NCBI GenBank assembly: GCA_964016885.1
Contig: OZ024741.1
Coordinates: forward strand, 98,332,001 to 98,396,000
Direction: 5' to 3'
DNA: 64,000 bases
Source of the DNA: Eledone cirrhosa
Taxonomy: Eukaryota
A program made the translations under genes and the position numbers. Positions within the stretch are counted from its first letter, which is position 1. The number at the start of each line of letters is the position of its first letter. Positions 15,490 to 31,560 of the stretch are shown here, piece after piece. The notes under the pieces are model-generated. The model did no database searches. It was not told the DNA's origin and saw only the letters and a list, made by a program, of their open reading frames with translations.

Positions 15490-15870
15490 CTTTCTTTACA
15501 TATGTCATGAACTTAATTTATTGCACTCTTGACGGTGATCTTACGAATGTATATTTCTTCGCAATTCGGACATTTAATAGAGTAAATAAGATTTCGGTTT
15601 TTTATAGTTTTTATTAGTATTTTGCAAATATTTTTTGCTAACTTTGTATTGACTAGTATGTATAAATTGACACGTATCGCAAAGATTGCCCTTTCATTTA
15701 GATATCGTAAAGGTTTATTTATGTTGTTTAGATCAACATTTGCCCTTGCCAAGGACTGCTTCAGATTCTTTGTTTGTTTGATATGAATAAGTGTTCTATT
15801 TGTAATTAGATCCTCAAAATTTATTGTTTTGTTTGATAATGATGTTTTATGTCATTAGGTTTGTAATTAC
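15490..15870 (-). pseudogene. Decayed GIY-YIG (PLE 3' end) fragment
   Basis: NRNLIYSIKCPNCEEIYI matches the NLIY..CxxC..YIG pattern. Confidence 0.55.
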
Positions 15871-16197
15871 AATAAATCAAAAATTATTATCTGAAAGCTA
15901 TATGTCCCAAGCACTACCTTGACACAGACACTGGCTGAAATCATTCCTACTATTCTCTATATATGTAAATGTATTATGAATAGATACTCTATAATCTCAA
16001 GTAATACTGCATCTAAAACATTCAATATGCGTCAGAGAAAATGCATAGCATTATTTAAGTAAGTCTTTTGTATTCAGAATTCAATTCCACCTGCAGACAA
16101 CTTTACTTGTTATCCCCGCGAGAGTAACAACTATTTCTCGCATTACCACAAAGCAGTAAATTCAGAGAAGGTTAAAGTCGATTATAGTGACATAAGC

Positions 16198-16330
16198 ATT
16201 ACTTTATATTATCGATCCCAAAAGGATAAAAGGCAAATTTGACTTGTGCGGGATTTGAACGTATAAAGTCATAACTAAATACCACGAAACAGTTTGTCCA
16301 CTGCCCTACCAGTACTTTCAATCCACCTTC
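16198..16330 (-). mobile_element. Old tRNA-SINE copy
   Basis: Degenerate reverse complement of the 30094/32759 SINE (atcgatcccaaaaggataaaaggcaa..gcgggatttgaac). Confidence 0.5.
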
Positions 16331-16824
16331 ACCCTTTGAGTAATAATATAAAATATCAGTTAATTACGTCGTTGGGTTAATTGTCTTTTCCCACATCCTT
16401 CTTCATTAATATTTTGCTTTTGGACATCTAATATAAACAGAAGGTAACGTATTTCGTGGTAATCTCATGTGTGGGATCTGCTAAATTTTACTGGAATATA
16501 TTTTAAGACACATACGAAATCGTTGTTGGGAGAAGGAACTCACATTGTAAAGAAACTTAACCAAGTACTGACGCTCAACAACCTCTGTCACTCCTTTTCT
16601 TCATCCATTAGTTAGAGGTGGTACATTGAACATGACTAATTTAGGCCTTCCTCGACTGGTATTATGAAAGAGGTACTTAATTTCAAACCGAAGGGGGGAT
16701 CCGATGGCTGACAACAGAATAGAATCTACTAAAATCTCAGTAAAGAATCATTCAAACTGAATATTTTTTATCTCTTCACTATATTCTGCTAGACGTCAAA
16801 TGTCTCAAACTTTCTTCTTTCCTC

Positions 16825-17147
16825 CTCATCATCACTTATATCAACAACACCACTACTATCACCACTACCATCACCACTACCATCACCACTACCATCACCA
16901 CCACCGCTACAACTTCGGCTACCAACAACAGCAGTCTCATAACCATTACAAACACCAGCACCATCACTCGCAGCATCATCACTATAATCATGATCTGCAC
17001 CACCCACAACACAATCATCATCAACATCACCATAGTTGTCATCCTCATCATCATAATCATTATTTTCATCATCACCATCATCATCCACTTCATCATGAAT
17101 ATCACCATCAATAGCATCATCATGATCCTCATGTAAATGAAATAGGA

Positions 17148-17178
<31 letters not shown>

Positions 17179-17360
17179 CTGCTGCTGCTGCTGCTGCTGC
17201 TACTGCTTATAATGCTACTGCTTATAATGACAACAGCTGCAATTACTACAACTACAACTACTACTACTACTACGACGACGACGACAACAACAACTACTAC
17301 TACTACTACAACTACTACTACTACTACGACGACAACAACAACAACAACAACAACTACAAA

Positions 17361-17399
<39 letters not shown>

Positions 17400-17413
17400 C
17401 ACTACTACTACTA
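16825..17413. repeat. Trinucleotide low-complexity (CAT/CAC/CTA/CAA)n tract
   Basis: Degenerate trinucleotide runs giving poly-H/T/V/S ORFs in all frames. Confidence 0.9.
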
Positions 17414-18149
17414 TTTTTCCACATAGACTATTCCACCTACCCTTTCATATCTACGTTAACTACTATATATGTTACTCAATACACCACTCTTCTACTAAAA
17501 GAAACACATAAAAAAGCAATTAGTTCTTCCTTATTTGAATTAATTAATCGCTAATTATTCGATTCCTTTATGCTATTAATGGAGCGAAAGAGGATCAAAT
17601 GACTCAGAAAATTGCCGATATATTTTGAAAGGTACAGTCAGGTTCATATATATATATATATATACACATGCGCAAATATATATTCACAGATGCACACGCA
17701 AATACACACTCACACACATATAGATATATGTATGCCTACATGTATGTATGTATGTATGTATGTATGTATATGGATGGATGCATGGATGGAGGGATGTATG
17801 GAGGGATAATAAAATAAATACGACATCATTTAAGTACAATTGTTTCGCTTGCCGCCTGTTTAAGATATTTCACTGAAACCAGACTCTAGTTTGTGAGCAA
17901 ATATCGGTTTAATTTTGTAATGAGCTTGTTTCTTTAAAATGTGAAAACATCCAAAATGAGAAGATGAGAGAATACGAAATATTTGAGTTGTAGATATAGA
18001 GGTTTATAAAAGCAACGGCCTTCGAATTAAGGTACGTTGTGAAGTTGTGTAGCTTTTTCAGTGTTTTACATCTTTTGACGGTACAGAACTGGCACTTTCT
18101 CGTGCCGTTTTAATAGGGTCAAAATCTATTTCGTATCTTCATATAGCTG

Positions 18150-18830
18150 GTCAAGATTGTGCTACCCAATTTACGACACTATACATGATTGTCGAGGTTA
18201 GTCCTTGATCGTTTGTCCAGATATCTCAAGATCTTCTCCTTGCTTATGAAGCGTTTTTTTAAGTCTAGCTTCCACTTAGTTCTTGCCCAACTGCTGTTAA
18301 TTTAGTCGGTTCGAAGTGAACAAACTCGTGTTTCATGTTCGGTCTAGGAAGCATCTTTTTTGTCTTCTGTATGAAATATGAATTTGCTGGAGTTGTGGTA
18401 TTTAGAGTTACTGGCACAGAACTAGCCGATTCTAACTGCATATCTAAAAAGCTTTATTTTTTTACGAGATACAGGGAAATATTTGTCCATAACAGCTAAG
18501 AATTTCTTTGCTACATTATCCTGAACCTTAAGAAAAAAAAGGGGGTTAAATCACTTAATTTTCATAGACTTGTTTCTGTTATTTTCGATATTCGAGTGGT
18601 GTTGAAGGAAGCATAATATGTTATCATTAAAGTCACTGATGAACAGAATATTATTGTAGTAGGGGGCTGTTCTCTCAAAGATTCACATATTACAGTTAGC
18701 TTCTAGATTCGTAAAGGCTCTGGGTGTGTGACAGGCATTTTGTTCATGTATCTAAGCTGCTCATCGGGGCTTGTAGCAAGTCATAGCTTGTTTAAAAATA
18801 TCTATTGATATATACCATAAATATTTACCA
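18150..18830 (-). pseudogene. Heavily decayed PLE RT-thumb/linker remnant
   Basis: Minus strand reads (W*)FNP..DNVAKKFLAVMDKYFP, matching WFNPP..KLFF.LI.KHFP in the intact PLEs. Confidence 0.5.
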
Positions 18831-18874
18831 CAGATTGATGTCTCCCAAATTTGGATATTCTTTCAAAACCCCAA

Positions 18875-19632
<758 letters not shown>

Positions 19633-20091
19633 TATATATATATAATGTAATAATATGTGGGAAAAAAATATATCCAAGGTTTAGAGCAACTCAAGTCTGT
19701 AGGGTGAGTTTGAATATAATTAAGGCCGGTTACAAAACGGTGCCATACCAGGTATGTACGTTTCTTTAGCCCTGAGGACCAATTTGTTCAACCTGTTCCG
19801 ATGAAATTGAACCGGAAAATGATTACTCAAAAAGGAAAATACAGAACAATAGGCAAAGAGAGAAGAGCCTCCAAACCAAGAGACAGACATCATCTTATAA
19901 CCCAAAATTATAAATAAGTTACACTTGCAAGTTTTTTTACAGACATATTCGACGGTTTTGTATGCGTATATTTCTGTGTGTCTGTGGGTGTATCGACGTG
20001 TGTGGGTTATATGTATGAGTACTTCCTTGTGCGTGTGTTTGGAATAAAACAGAGGAGAGAGAGGTGGAGGGAGGGAAATAGATAGATAGAT

Positions 20092-20171
<80 letters not shown>

Positions 20172-21276
20172 ATGCAATAGCTGTCACATTAAATTTCACG
20201 CTTATTTCCTCTCGGCTCAGAAGTATTGTATTATATTTGAAAGAGTTTTTTTTTCTTTATCCTTAAGAATCTGTTCACCACTCAAACAGCGCCATTAACC
20301 CTAATGCTATCGTGAACACTATTACTAACTAACAATGGACTAAATACGTGTTCGTTCAATCTGTTAGTAATACCTGCAGAATTATCATCAAATAACCCTT
20401 ACAAAGATAAAAAAACGAATAGCCCTAAATTAACTATGCCTGGGGAAAACAGGTCTGGCTGCTCTTGTTTCGAATGTCCTTGATAATTAGTCATTATCAC
20501 CATTATCTTCATTATGATCATTATCCCCATCATCACCACAAGCAGCCCCACCACAACACCAACAGCAGTACCAGCAGCAACAAACAAATGTAGAGAGGAT
20601 GTTGGAATTGTTTATATGGTTGTACAGAGAGGCTACTAAAGTAGCAGGCTATAATTAAAGGCAGCCAAAAAAGCGGGGCTTGATTTGATTAACCGAAAAG
20701 CATTACATCGCATGACGGAGTTTTTGAATAATAGAGATATTTTTCTTAGAGAAAGCAGTTCCAATACTTAGAAAGATCAACAAGGCCGTAACAAAATAGA
20801 AATCAACAATATCAGTCGAAAACAAAGAGAAGATAATTAAAATCATCCCATACACCTAAGAAATTACATTTTCCGAGAAACTGATTATCCAGTCTAATTT
20901 TCTCCCTAGCGTTGACTTCATTAAAATATTTGCAGAATGAAATCAAAAGTTATAGACGCCTCAGATACTTTATAGTCTCCCTCCTTTACGTGATTACCTT
21001 AAAATGTTTATAGGGAAAAATACCCAGACGGAAAACCTACTAATGTTGTTAGAAATACAACTAAAACATAGAAATATGTATGGAATTAGACAAATGTAGC
21101 GAAAGTATAAGAAGTAAATTAATTGAAACAAGCACTGTAAATAACAAATGAAACTAGAACAATTGATGCAAATATTTAAAGCTGGGGGAAATGGATATGA
21201 TACAGAACACAGAAATGAAGGAGGAAATCACATCCGCAGTCATATATGGTTGAGTATATACATATATGTATATATG

Positions 21277-21432
<156 letters not shown>

Positions 21433-21672
21433 CATATATACACATATATATATATTATACATATATACACATATACACACGCCACCCACACCCACAACAC
21501 GCTTAAACCACACACACGTGCTTCCCACCACATATTTACACCCTCAGCCCCCTGATTCCTCTCCCCCTACCCCCCTATCCACACACGCACAGACCCTCCG
21601 ACCCACAAAAACACCCCCCACACATACACCTTCCTGAACATGCAACCCCGTTCTTCCCCCAACCCTCACTTT

Positions 21673-21719
<47 letters not shown>

Positions 21720-21789
21720 CTAACCACACACACCACCTTCAGCCCTCCCCGCTCGGACACCCCGTCTCCCTCTCCCCACTCCACCCGAT

Positions 21790-22139
21790 ACCACCTCTAC
21801 TCACCCCACACCCTTCCACCACCTGTTTACGCCCCTTTTAATTTCAGTTTATTTTGATCATGCCTTTATTTTTAAATTTTCTCATTCCTTGTATTTTGAT
21901 CATGCTTTATTTTTATTTATTATCTATTATATTTTTGTCTTTATTTGTTAATTTTTCATTCGCACCGTTTCCTTTCGCTATATGTCTCTCCACCACTCCC
22001 CTACACACCTTTTGAACTCTCACCTGAAGAAGGGCTTATGCCCGAAACGTCGTCCCCCACATACCCCCCACTCTCCTGAGCGTGAATTTAATAAACATTT
22101 ATCGTACTGTCTCTCTGTTCTGTCCCTGTTCAATCTTTC

Positions 22140-22142
<3 letters not shown>
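21790..22142 (+). mobile_element. Neptune-type PLE 3' terminal fragment with hammerhead-like motif (22024-22051)
   Basis: CTGAAGA-agggcttatgccc-GAAACGTC then aataaac..ttca|TATA; homologous tails at 3855-3921 (+) and 38968-39158 (-). Confidence 0.6.
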
Positions 22143-22178
<36 letters not shown>

Positions 22179-22230
22179 ATAATAAGAAATGTGAAGACTA
22201 AAATCCGAAGATCCGTTAATAAATATATAC

Positions 22231-22325
<95 letters not shown>

Positions 22326-22379
22326 AAACATGACAAGCAGGAGTTAAACAAAATGAAACGTTTCAACATGAAGACGAAA

Positions 22380-24000
22380 ATTACTAAGAGCCTTCCAAAG
22401 CCACCACTGCAAAATCTCTTATAGATAGAAGATACCTCCTCGCATACAAGTGGTGCTGGATCTGATACATTCTATAAGCATTATCTGGTTGCTGCTTTTA
22501 TTTCTGGGTTGCACTAATGTTTCTTTATCCATTGGATTCAATGAGTCAATCTTTATTGTACATTATCCCTCATGGAACGCAGCATCTAGACAACATTCCC
22601 TCGCTGTTGGTAATGATGTAGCTAATCTATTTAGTCCGGCTTTAACATAGCCAATATTTGTTGTTAGCTATTGTTTTCTGTCTTTTGTATAGAAAGTATT
22701 AAATAAGGATTTCTTGTTCTTTTATTCGACGGAAATCTTCGTGAGATGTTATAAGCTTTCTATATTCAAGCCAGTAGATTGCAATATTGATTTGTGAGCT
22801 GCATTTTCTTATTACGAACACACATAGAAGCTTTTCATTCAACTAGTTCATCTTTTTTGTAGATATGTTAATCATGTCTTTCTTATATTCCCTTGCGCGA
22901 GATCAGTGTCTATTTGTATGTTATGTTTCTCCTCAAGTTCATTATCTATTCTAACGGTATTTTTATTTTCGTCCTCATTGTATATGATGCTTCTCTATTG
23001 CATTCTAGATCCTATATGATGCTAACACAAAAGCTCCATTCAATATAGGTGTTAGGGGAAATACAGCAAATGTATTGTGATCGCTATATTTGTTTTAATC
23101 TGCCTATTCTGTTGACACTATTTTATATTCCCATCAGATATTCATTTTTTAATAGGTCTGTAATACCTGACATTCTCATCAAGATACTAATTCTCACTTT
23201 ATCATATTGGCTGCATTGCAAGCCATTCATGTTTACATTTTTTTATTTCTTTTTTGGAGGGTGGGGGGTAGGAATGCCAAAACTGTCCCTGTCTTACACT
23301 TAAATTTAGAATTGGACTCTCCAAGATTCATTCCAATTTTTCTGGATACGATCCAACCGTTTTTCTTTTTTTTTCATGTGGTTAATACTAATATCGTCTA
23401 CAAAGAAAACCTAAGCAATATTTCCGGGTTATGGTTATCCATTTCTATAACCCCTATGATTTATGAGCAGCTATGATAACGGGTTTAAGGAGGGAATAAA
23501 GAAATAAAAAGTTATCACACAGCAGGTATACCGTTAAACTATAAAATGCTATTTCGTAGTCCAGCTACACTATAGCTAAGTTCCTAAAATTATTCACTGC
23601 TTCTACTTTTATCATTTTGTTGACTAGCAGCTGCTCTATATAGTCTCGTTCATTTTGATTTTCCATAGGCTGATCAGGTGTTAGAATAATGTTTGTGTTA
23701 GAATGATCCTTTAAGTACAGATTGAGGCACTTGATATTCTGATCGTCAATTGGGCAGTAAATTTTAAGAATGAGTAAGGCTATTGACTGTTATTTGGGAA
23801 ACTCTAATGCGCTTCTAATATTCTTTCCAAAACGTGCTATCAAATTTCGACGTTAAATGTCAAATTCTTGAACCCCTTTCCTGTTATGAAATTTATCTTG
23901 CATATTTTGTTTGACATTTTCAACGGGACATATTCCAGTACTGTGTGATTAATTTCCTATTTATATAGATGAACAAGTTTGAAGTCGAACTGCTCTCATT
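22380..24000 (-). pseudogene. Decayed non-LTR (LINE) RT remnant
   Basis: Minus-strand motifs in correct order: IYCPI (NYRPI-like, ~23750), PDQ (~23675), LDYEIAFYS (~23550), VRQG (~23295); many stops. Confidence 0.5.
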
Positions 24001-24349
24001 TTTCCATTCATGCAGCTTGTTTGTTGGACTTATGATTTTCTCCCACTGATAGGGATATCGTTTGCAGAGATTGTGTTAATTACTGTGAAGCTACGACAGT
24101 GATATTTGGGATCTCTGGTAAAAAAATAAGTTCAGCATTTGGCGTTTTTGTTCTATATTAATATAGATATATTGATAATCATATGTATCAAATAGATACT
24201 CTCCAGTCATAGAAAGACTGCATCACTTCCACTATATCTATATTTTTTCTGGCTCTCTCTTGTAATCTCTCACTCATTCTTGATGTTGTTCCTATTTAAT
24301 ATGTATGTTTACTAGAAGTTTACATGAATAATTATATGTACATATGTAC

Positions 24350-24422
<73 letters not shown>

Positions 24423-25760
24423 AACACATATGTATATATATATAAATATACATATATTTACCGGCATATATATTCATATTGACTTAATTATAGAAAGCAT
24501 TCCTATGAGATCAACTGATACGACTATTACTACTACTATCAGTAATAATAATAATAGTTATTATCACTTTTATTATTATTATTATAAAAATAATAACAAT
24601 AATAATATTTGATAAATTTATATGAAACTTATATTCTTTACTTTTTTTTATTAGTCCCATTCACTGTCTATATCTCTGTATAGAGAAATGTGATATTGTT
24701 TCCAAGTAGGTGGGTTTCATTTGTAATTGAATTGAACTGAAGTCTATCTGTACTATAACCTCAGGATATATTGTTAAGAATGACAATATTAACTTTTGCT
24801 GCACTGTACTGTAACTAATTTTCTTGCTAAATCTATATCAACTATGAGAAAATCTAATCTTTCTCTCTGTTTACCTCCAACACATGATGATTTGGAGAAC
24901 ATTCGAATGAGATCTCTAGCCAAAAGAAGATTCAGTATATTGTTGCATTACTTTCTGCCACTTGGTACAATGGTGGCATATGCATCCGTGACTACTGACT
25001 TTCGTTTGGGATATTTCCAGGAATCGACTTGACAATTAGCAGAAACGATGGAAATGGATATTATCTTCCTCAATTCCCCAACATCCAACGTCAATCCCAG
25101 TATCCCTGTTAAGATAATAAGCGCTTGCTTTCTTTTGAATAAGCTATGAAAATATTAAACCTTTAAAGCATTGTTCCCACCTTATATGAATAAATTAAAT
25201 TTATAGGTTTGGAAATATATCCTGTGAATTATAATATTCCTAAAATATGTTCAGTATTATTACTGGTAAATTCAGCAGTAAACATTTAACTTAGTGGGTA
25301 ACATGTTTTTTAATAAACATAAATAAATGAATTCACTACAATTCTAAAATTGCAAACATATGATAACTACATATCTGCGTAAACTAACATTAGTAATTTA
25401 ATAGTTTGTTATTAAAGTTACATCATCACCGCCTATTTATGTCTAACTAGCTTTCTAATTTTCCTTAAAATATATTAAAGAATAGAAGTTGTGGGAAATA
25501 TAAAATGAAAATCCCAAAGGCAAAAATGAGTATTGAGTATTATATATGAAAATTGAAGTGAAATTTAAAACCCTGCATAGAATTATTTCCAAGCAGTGGT
25601 GACCAAGCAATCGGTTAACTACACGAGCAATATATTGCAGTATATAATTTACCCATCCCGCATAAATGACTGTCAAAACTATATGGAATTGAGGACATGG
25701 GAAAATAAAGCCAAATATTTCAAATAAATTAATTCAGTATCTTAGAGATTATTGAAAAAT

Positions 25761-26040
25761 CTTCTTCTTCTTCTTCTTCTTCTTCTTCTTCTTCTTCTTC
25801 TTCTTCTTCTTCTTCTTCTTCTACCTGAGAGGGTCGTTAATACAAAGTCCTCAAATGTTCCTTCCAGCGGCAAACGTCTCCAACTAATCCAGCTAGATCC
25901 CCAAGCGTGAGCAGCCGAGCTCATGGATGTTATCCAACCATCTTACTTAGGGTCTACCCCTAAGTCTCCTGTCGGTTGTTTTTGCCCTGTAAAATCTATC
26001 CAGCGATCTTTCCTGAGACATTGTAACCACATGCCCATAG
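25761..26040 (-). mobile_element. RTE-type LINE 3' end with (GAA)n tail
   Basis: GHVVTMSQER..RRLRGRP*VRWLDNI followed by (AAG)n. Confidence 0.65.
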
Positions 26041-26882
26041 TATCGGAGCTGCATAATAGTACTCCATATTGCTTTATTTCAACTAGGCGGAATCAACAAG
26101 TTTAATTAGAGTTGTTGTTGAGTGCTCGTTACAATAGTTGTGTAATGTAAAAATAAGACTAATAGACTTATCTCAGAATTTACAGGTGAATTGAATGTTA
26201 TCGAATTCTTGACAGTGACACCTGAGGATGATGATGATAATGATAATGTTGATGAGGATTATGATGATAATGACGATGATATTGTTATTATGACTGAAAA
26301 ATATTAGAACCCTCAAGTAATATTAAATTTGATCAACAACATACAAAATCTTGCATCATTGGTAGGTATTGAATGTTACCATTTGTTTCAGATTTGCTTG
26401 TTTAATTCTAAATTTGTCATATTTTATTTTATATTCATTTCATAAAACACAACTAGAAAGAAATACTTCATCGTCGACTTTCCTGTAACAAGCAACATTA
26501 TAGATTCACTTATAAATTATATGAATGGTTTGTTTTTGTATATTTGGAGTTAATTAGATAAAAATGAAAAATAAACTCACATGTGACATTGCTGTTCAGA
26601 TTCTATGAATGCAGCTATAGATTAATCGCATTCCCGTTTAAAAAAAGGGAAAAATCTTATTATATTAGGTAAAATGTGGAATAATTTCGTCCTACCGGCA
26701 ACAATACACGAAATAATGAAGTCTAGCTAAAACTGGCGGGAAGCACGTGACAGGCTCTATTGTGAGATATGTATGACTTCTTTTAACAAAGGCTAAGCAA
26801 GTTTTGGTAATTTCTTCACTGGTGATCGCAGTGTCTTGACGTTTGATTGAATGTGTGTATATCTATCTATCTATCTACCCGT

Positions 26883-27010
<128 letters not shown>

Positions 27011-27031
27011 TATGTATGTATATGTATATAT

Positions 27032-27114
<83 letters not shown>

Positions 27115-27475
27115 AAACGTCACAAAACAAGAGAGATATTTATTTATTTATTTGTTATTATTGTTTGATAATTCTGGTTATAGTAAATTATGGTTGACTG
27201 ACAACCCAATTCGACTACTGTTCTGTTAGTATATGAGTTGCTGGTCTGCAATTAGGCCAATAAGTATTGTCGAGCGTACAAATGAAGACTTTATCGATTA
27301 AATTGTACCTTTTGTGTTGATCCGAGAGTTCGTCTTGATCAATAAAGTGGTATGTTGTTGTTTTAGATGTAGTTGGCGGTAGTGTTGCTTAGATTGTTGA
27401 AACAGTTTTATAATTTATTTTTCCTATTTCATGATGTGTGCATTCAGATGAACATATATATATATATATATGTGT

Positions 27476-27509
<34 letters not shown>

Positions 27510-27608
27510 ATAGATAGAGAGAGATAAATACACACATATACGTATATATATATAGAGAGAAAGAGAGGGGGAGAGATAGATAAAGGGAGATAAATACACA
27601 CATATAAG

Positions 27609-27643
<35 letters not shown>

Positions 27644-27660
27644 TTATATATGTATATATA

Positions 27661-27742
<82 letters not shown>

Positions 27743-27807
27743 TATGTATACATATATTATACGTGTGTGAGTGTATGTGTTTCAGTTTCACTCGCTCCCT
27801 CTCTATA

Positions 27808-27913
<106 letters not shown>

Positions 27914-28085
27914 ACTCTTTCTCTCTCTCTTTGTGAGTGTATCTATGTTTGTGTTTATTACCCTGACTCTCTCTCTGTATATATGTATATATCTATATAC
28001 ATACATACATACATACATTTATACATACGTACATACATACATACATACATACATACATACATACATACATACATACATACATACA

Positions 28086-28117
<32 letters not shown>

Positions 28118-28492
28118 ATTGTATGCGTTTGTATATGTATGTGGCCATGTGTGCAAGTGAGCGTGTGTCTGCTTGTGTCTATGTGTGTGTCATTGTGGGT
28201 GGATGTTGATATATATCCAAATGAACAATTGAAATGCTACGTCTTGGAAATCATGGCTTTTCATGAACTATCACTGATTTCACCGATTTTTATTGAACTC
28301 TCACCATGATGCTGCTGTAGCCAATTTCCCTTGGTTATTTCTAATATATTTTGATTACTTCTTTGTAGTCACGCATTCTCTATACTTTTCCTGTGTTGTG
28401 TACATGTATAAACATATTCTTATACACACAATCAAACAGACACATTTACACACGCACATATATACATATATATGTATAAAAATATGGATATG

Positions 28493-28535
<43 letters not shown>

Positions 28536-30093
28536 TTTAATACATATATACTTACATAATCACATATATACATATATATATATACTTTCATATATATGTA
28601 TTTATATATATATATATATATTTACAGAACTTGAGACATGTCATTTGTATTCAATTCAAGTGATGTCTAGTCATCATCTTACTTCAGTAATATTACTTCT
28701 GTGAAATTCCGTCGTAGTTCTTACTTCGATTGCCAAGAAAATACATATCAAACAAATAAAATCAATAAATATAACAAGTAAACTAAACGAATAAATGAAC
28801 GACAAATTAAAAAATGAAAAATAAATAAATACGAATATATAACGCTACGACGGCTACTGCTACCGCTGGAAGTGAACAATTGAGTCTTGCCTGATGTTTA
28901 TTTCAGCGGCTACGGAAGAACGATGTGTAGGTTCCTCATAGCATAGTTAGAACACCGAAAGTGTTTTGATAAGTCGTTCTGTCAGTCTGGAATGCAATAT
29001 TAATAAATTGAAGATTATTGCAGTCACAATGTTCCTGATGATGACGATGATGATGATGATTATGATGTTGATTGTATTCATTGAAATAAGTCATATATGT
29101 ACAGATTCACGAATTTACATTGCAGTACTGAAGCATACTGATGGAGCTCTATAGAAAACAAGACGTTCTCCAAAATAAAAAATAGTATTACGCAGAACTG
29201 AAGGCGAAATATATAAAACATAATACATTAGCAAATATGAACCATTCTTACTTAGAAAAAATCCACATGCTTGATAAAAGCTTCAATGATTTCGAAGGCC
29301 CCTGGGATTGTTGAAGTTTTTAATTTATCGTTGAAAGAGTTAAACAATAATCAGGAAACCATGGTAGAATCAATCAATGAAGAAAAACATAGACTTGACT
29401 CAACGCCTCACTGGTTACAAGCGAGAGAACCAAAAACAACAAAGTCTCGCAAAGCTCGTAGTTTATAACAAGTTTGTCATCATAGTGAGTTTGCAATTTA
29501 TATATGTACTTTATATCAAACTGGCTGCTCAACTGTAATGCTAACATCTTACTAAAGAAGCAGAAAGTGTACCGGGAATTGATATATTATTGTGGTGAGT
29601 AGCGACTGTTGGAGCAGACAATTATATAAATAAAAAAACAATAGAAAGAGAAAAGGATTTGAGCATGGTTTAAATTAATTATTGAAATGCATTCAATAGT
29701 ATTCTACACTCCTTGATAGAGAGCCGATACAAATAGGGAGGTCACAACACACACATTTATATCAACCATGTGGTATTAAAATGCAGATCGAGGTAAATAA
29801 ACGTTCATTAAAAGGAACCTTATTCCTTCACAATGAAACATTTTTCAGGGGTAAGTAATCTTACATAAATGCCTAGCTCTGACACCATTACAAAATCCGT
29901 TGAACAAAACCACGATTGCATTGCGTACTTGTGGATAAAATATAAAGCCAATTTGAGAAATTTTCTCTTACGATTCACTGGAGACATGAGGCTTAGTATG
30001 GGATTTAGGGCTATGTACCAAATCTACTCTAATAAGAAGCACAATAAATAAACTGAGGGCATTAAATTATATATAGGCACTGAAATTAGAGAA

Positions 30094-30280
30094 GGGCGGT
30101 GAATTGGCAGTATTGGTAGAGGGTCAGACATGCTTTCCAGCGTAGTTACGTCCCTTTACGATCTGAGTTCAAATCCCGCCGAGGTTAACTTTGCCTTTCA
30201 TCCTTACGGGGTCGATAAAATAAAGTACAAGTAATACACTGGTTAATTGCTGGCCTTGTGCCAAAAGTAGAAACAATTAT
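30094..30280 (+). mobile_element. tRNA-derived SINE with 28-bp TSD
   Basis: A box tggcagtattggta, B box gagttcaaatcc, body gcctttcatccttacggggtcgataaa; TSD 30066-30093 / 30281-30308. Confidence 0.85.
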
Positions 30281-30589
30281 ATTATATATAGGCATTGAAA
30301 TTAGAGAATAACATCAAAGCAATCCATACAAATATTAAGAATTATATGAAACTGATAAAACATGAGAAATGCAGGGGAAAACTAGAAAAGACTAATTCAG
30401 TCGAGTAATCTTATTAAACTGAACTCCATGCTGGAAATAGGTAAGGGTTGGCTCAAGTGCCGAATTGAAGTTAGCGAGTTTGGCTTTTACGCCCATCTCT
30501 CTTCTTCTGATTATTAAATGCTAAAGATGGTGCATTACTGCACCAGCTCCTGCAATTCTTGCACTTAATATATCCTTCTGATTTCCATC

Positions 30590-31560
30590 ACTGGTGAACA
30601 CGGCCACGAGTTACCTGAAATTCTCCCTCGGATTCAGTGAAACTCCATTCATATATAGAGTGCACAGCACAGGCGTTCTTGAGGGGACGAATGTCTGAGT
30701 GTTCGCATCATTCCAGTCTTGCAGCACTCGACATCAAACCTATCGAGTGTAAGTCAGACATCAGCCTCTGTCGAGTTAAGTAACCCCATGTTGTCTGCAA
30801 ATTCCAGCCTACTGGTTTTTCACCCACTAGTCAAGATATCAATTCCTGCCCGGCTGCGCATATCAAACCTGTTCATGTAAATAATGAACAGGAGGGGTAA
30901 CAGGGGTCACTCTTGGCGGAGTCCGAATCCCACACTAAATGGTTTCGGTTTAGCACTAATTATTGGAACACAAATACATTGACATTCGTATAGAGACATC
31001 GGGGCAGCAAGAAGTTGACCATCGATTATATACCCTCATACAACCTTCCACAGCAGGTCTAGAGTAACGCGGTTATATGCCTTTTCAAGGTCGATAAAAC
31101 AAGAATATACCCCTTTGCAATGCTCCCACGATTTCTCGAAGTCCTGCCGCAGTGTGAATATTTGGTCGGTTGTGCTGCGTCCGGGACGAAACCACACTGG
31201 ACTTGATAATCTCCCTGTATCTCTTTGCTCGACACCTAGCATAGACTTTACCAGTGAGGGTTGAAAAGGAGATCCATCTGTTATTGAAACAATCTTTCTT
31301 GTCTCCCTTTCTGAAAATTGGAATAATCACTCCTGATTGCCATTGCTTAGTTGCCTTTCCCAAAACCCATTCTAACCGGCACACGTGTCAATCAGAGAAT
31401 ATATTTTCCATTTAAACCTTTTAATATCATCTTCCCCAGCGGCTTTACCTCATTTGAGCTCAATAACTGCTCTTGCGACCTCAGCCTCTGGGAGATTAGT
31501 CACCGCTCCCAGATTTCCCTCATGTACATCAAAAAGGCTGTTGTGATCCTTCAAAATGTT
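30590..31560 (-). pseudogene. RTE-clade LINE RT fragment
   Basis: WQSGVIIPIFRKGDKKDC, FRPGRSTTDQIFTLRQ..EKSWE..CFIDLEKAYNRV; frameshifted. Confidence 0.8.

Noticed and set aside
16789-17511. His-rich, Asp/Gly-rich, poly-Val and poly-Thr ORFs
   Set aside because: Degenerate trinucleotide repeats open in several frames; no domain or splice support.
26184-26365. Possible host exon (acidic, after ttacag)
   Set aside because: Mostly a (GAT)n-type repeat with in-frame stops; no supporting neighbouring exons.
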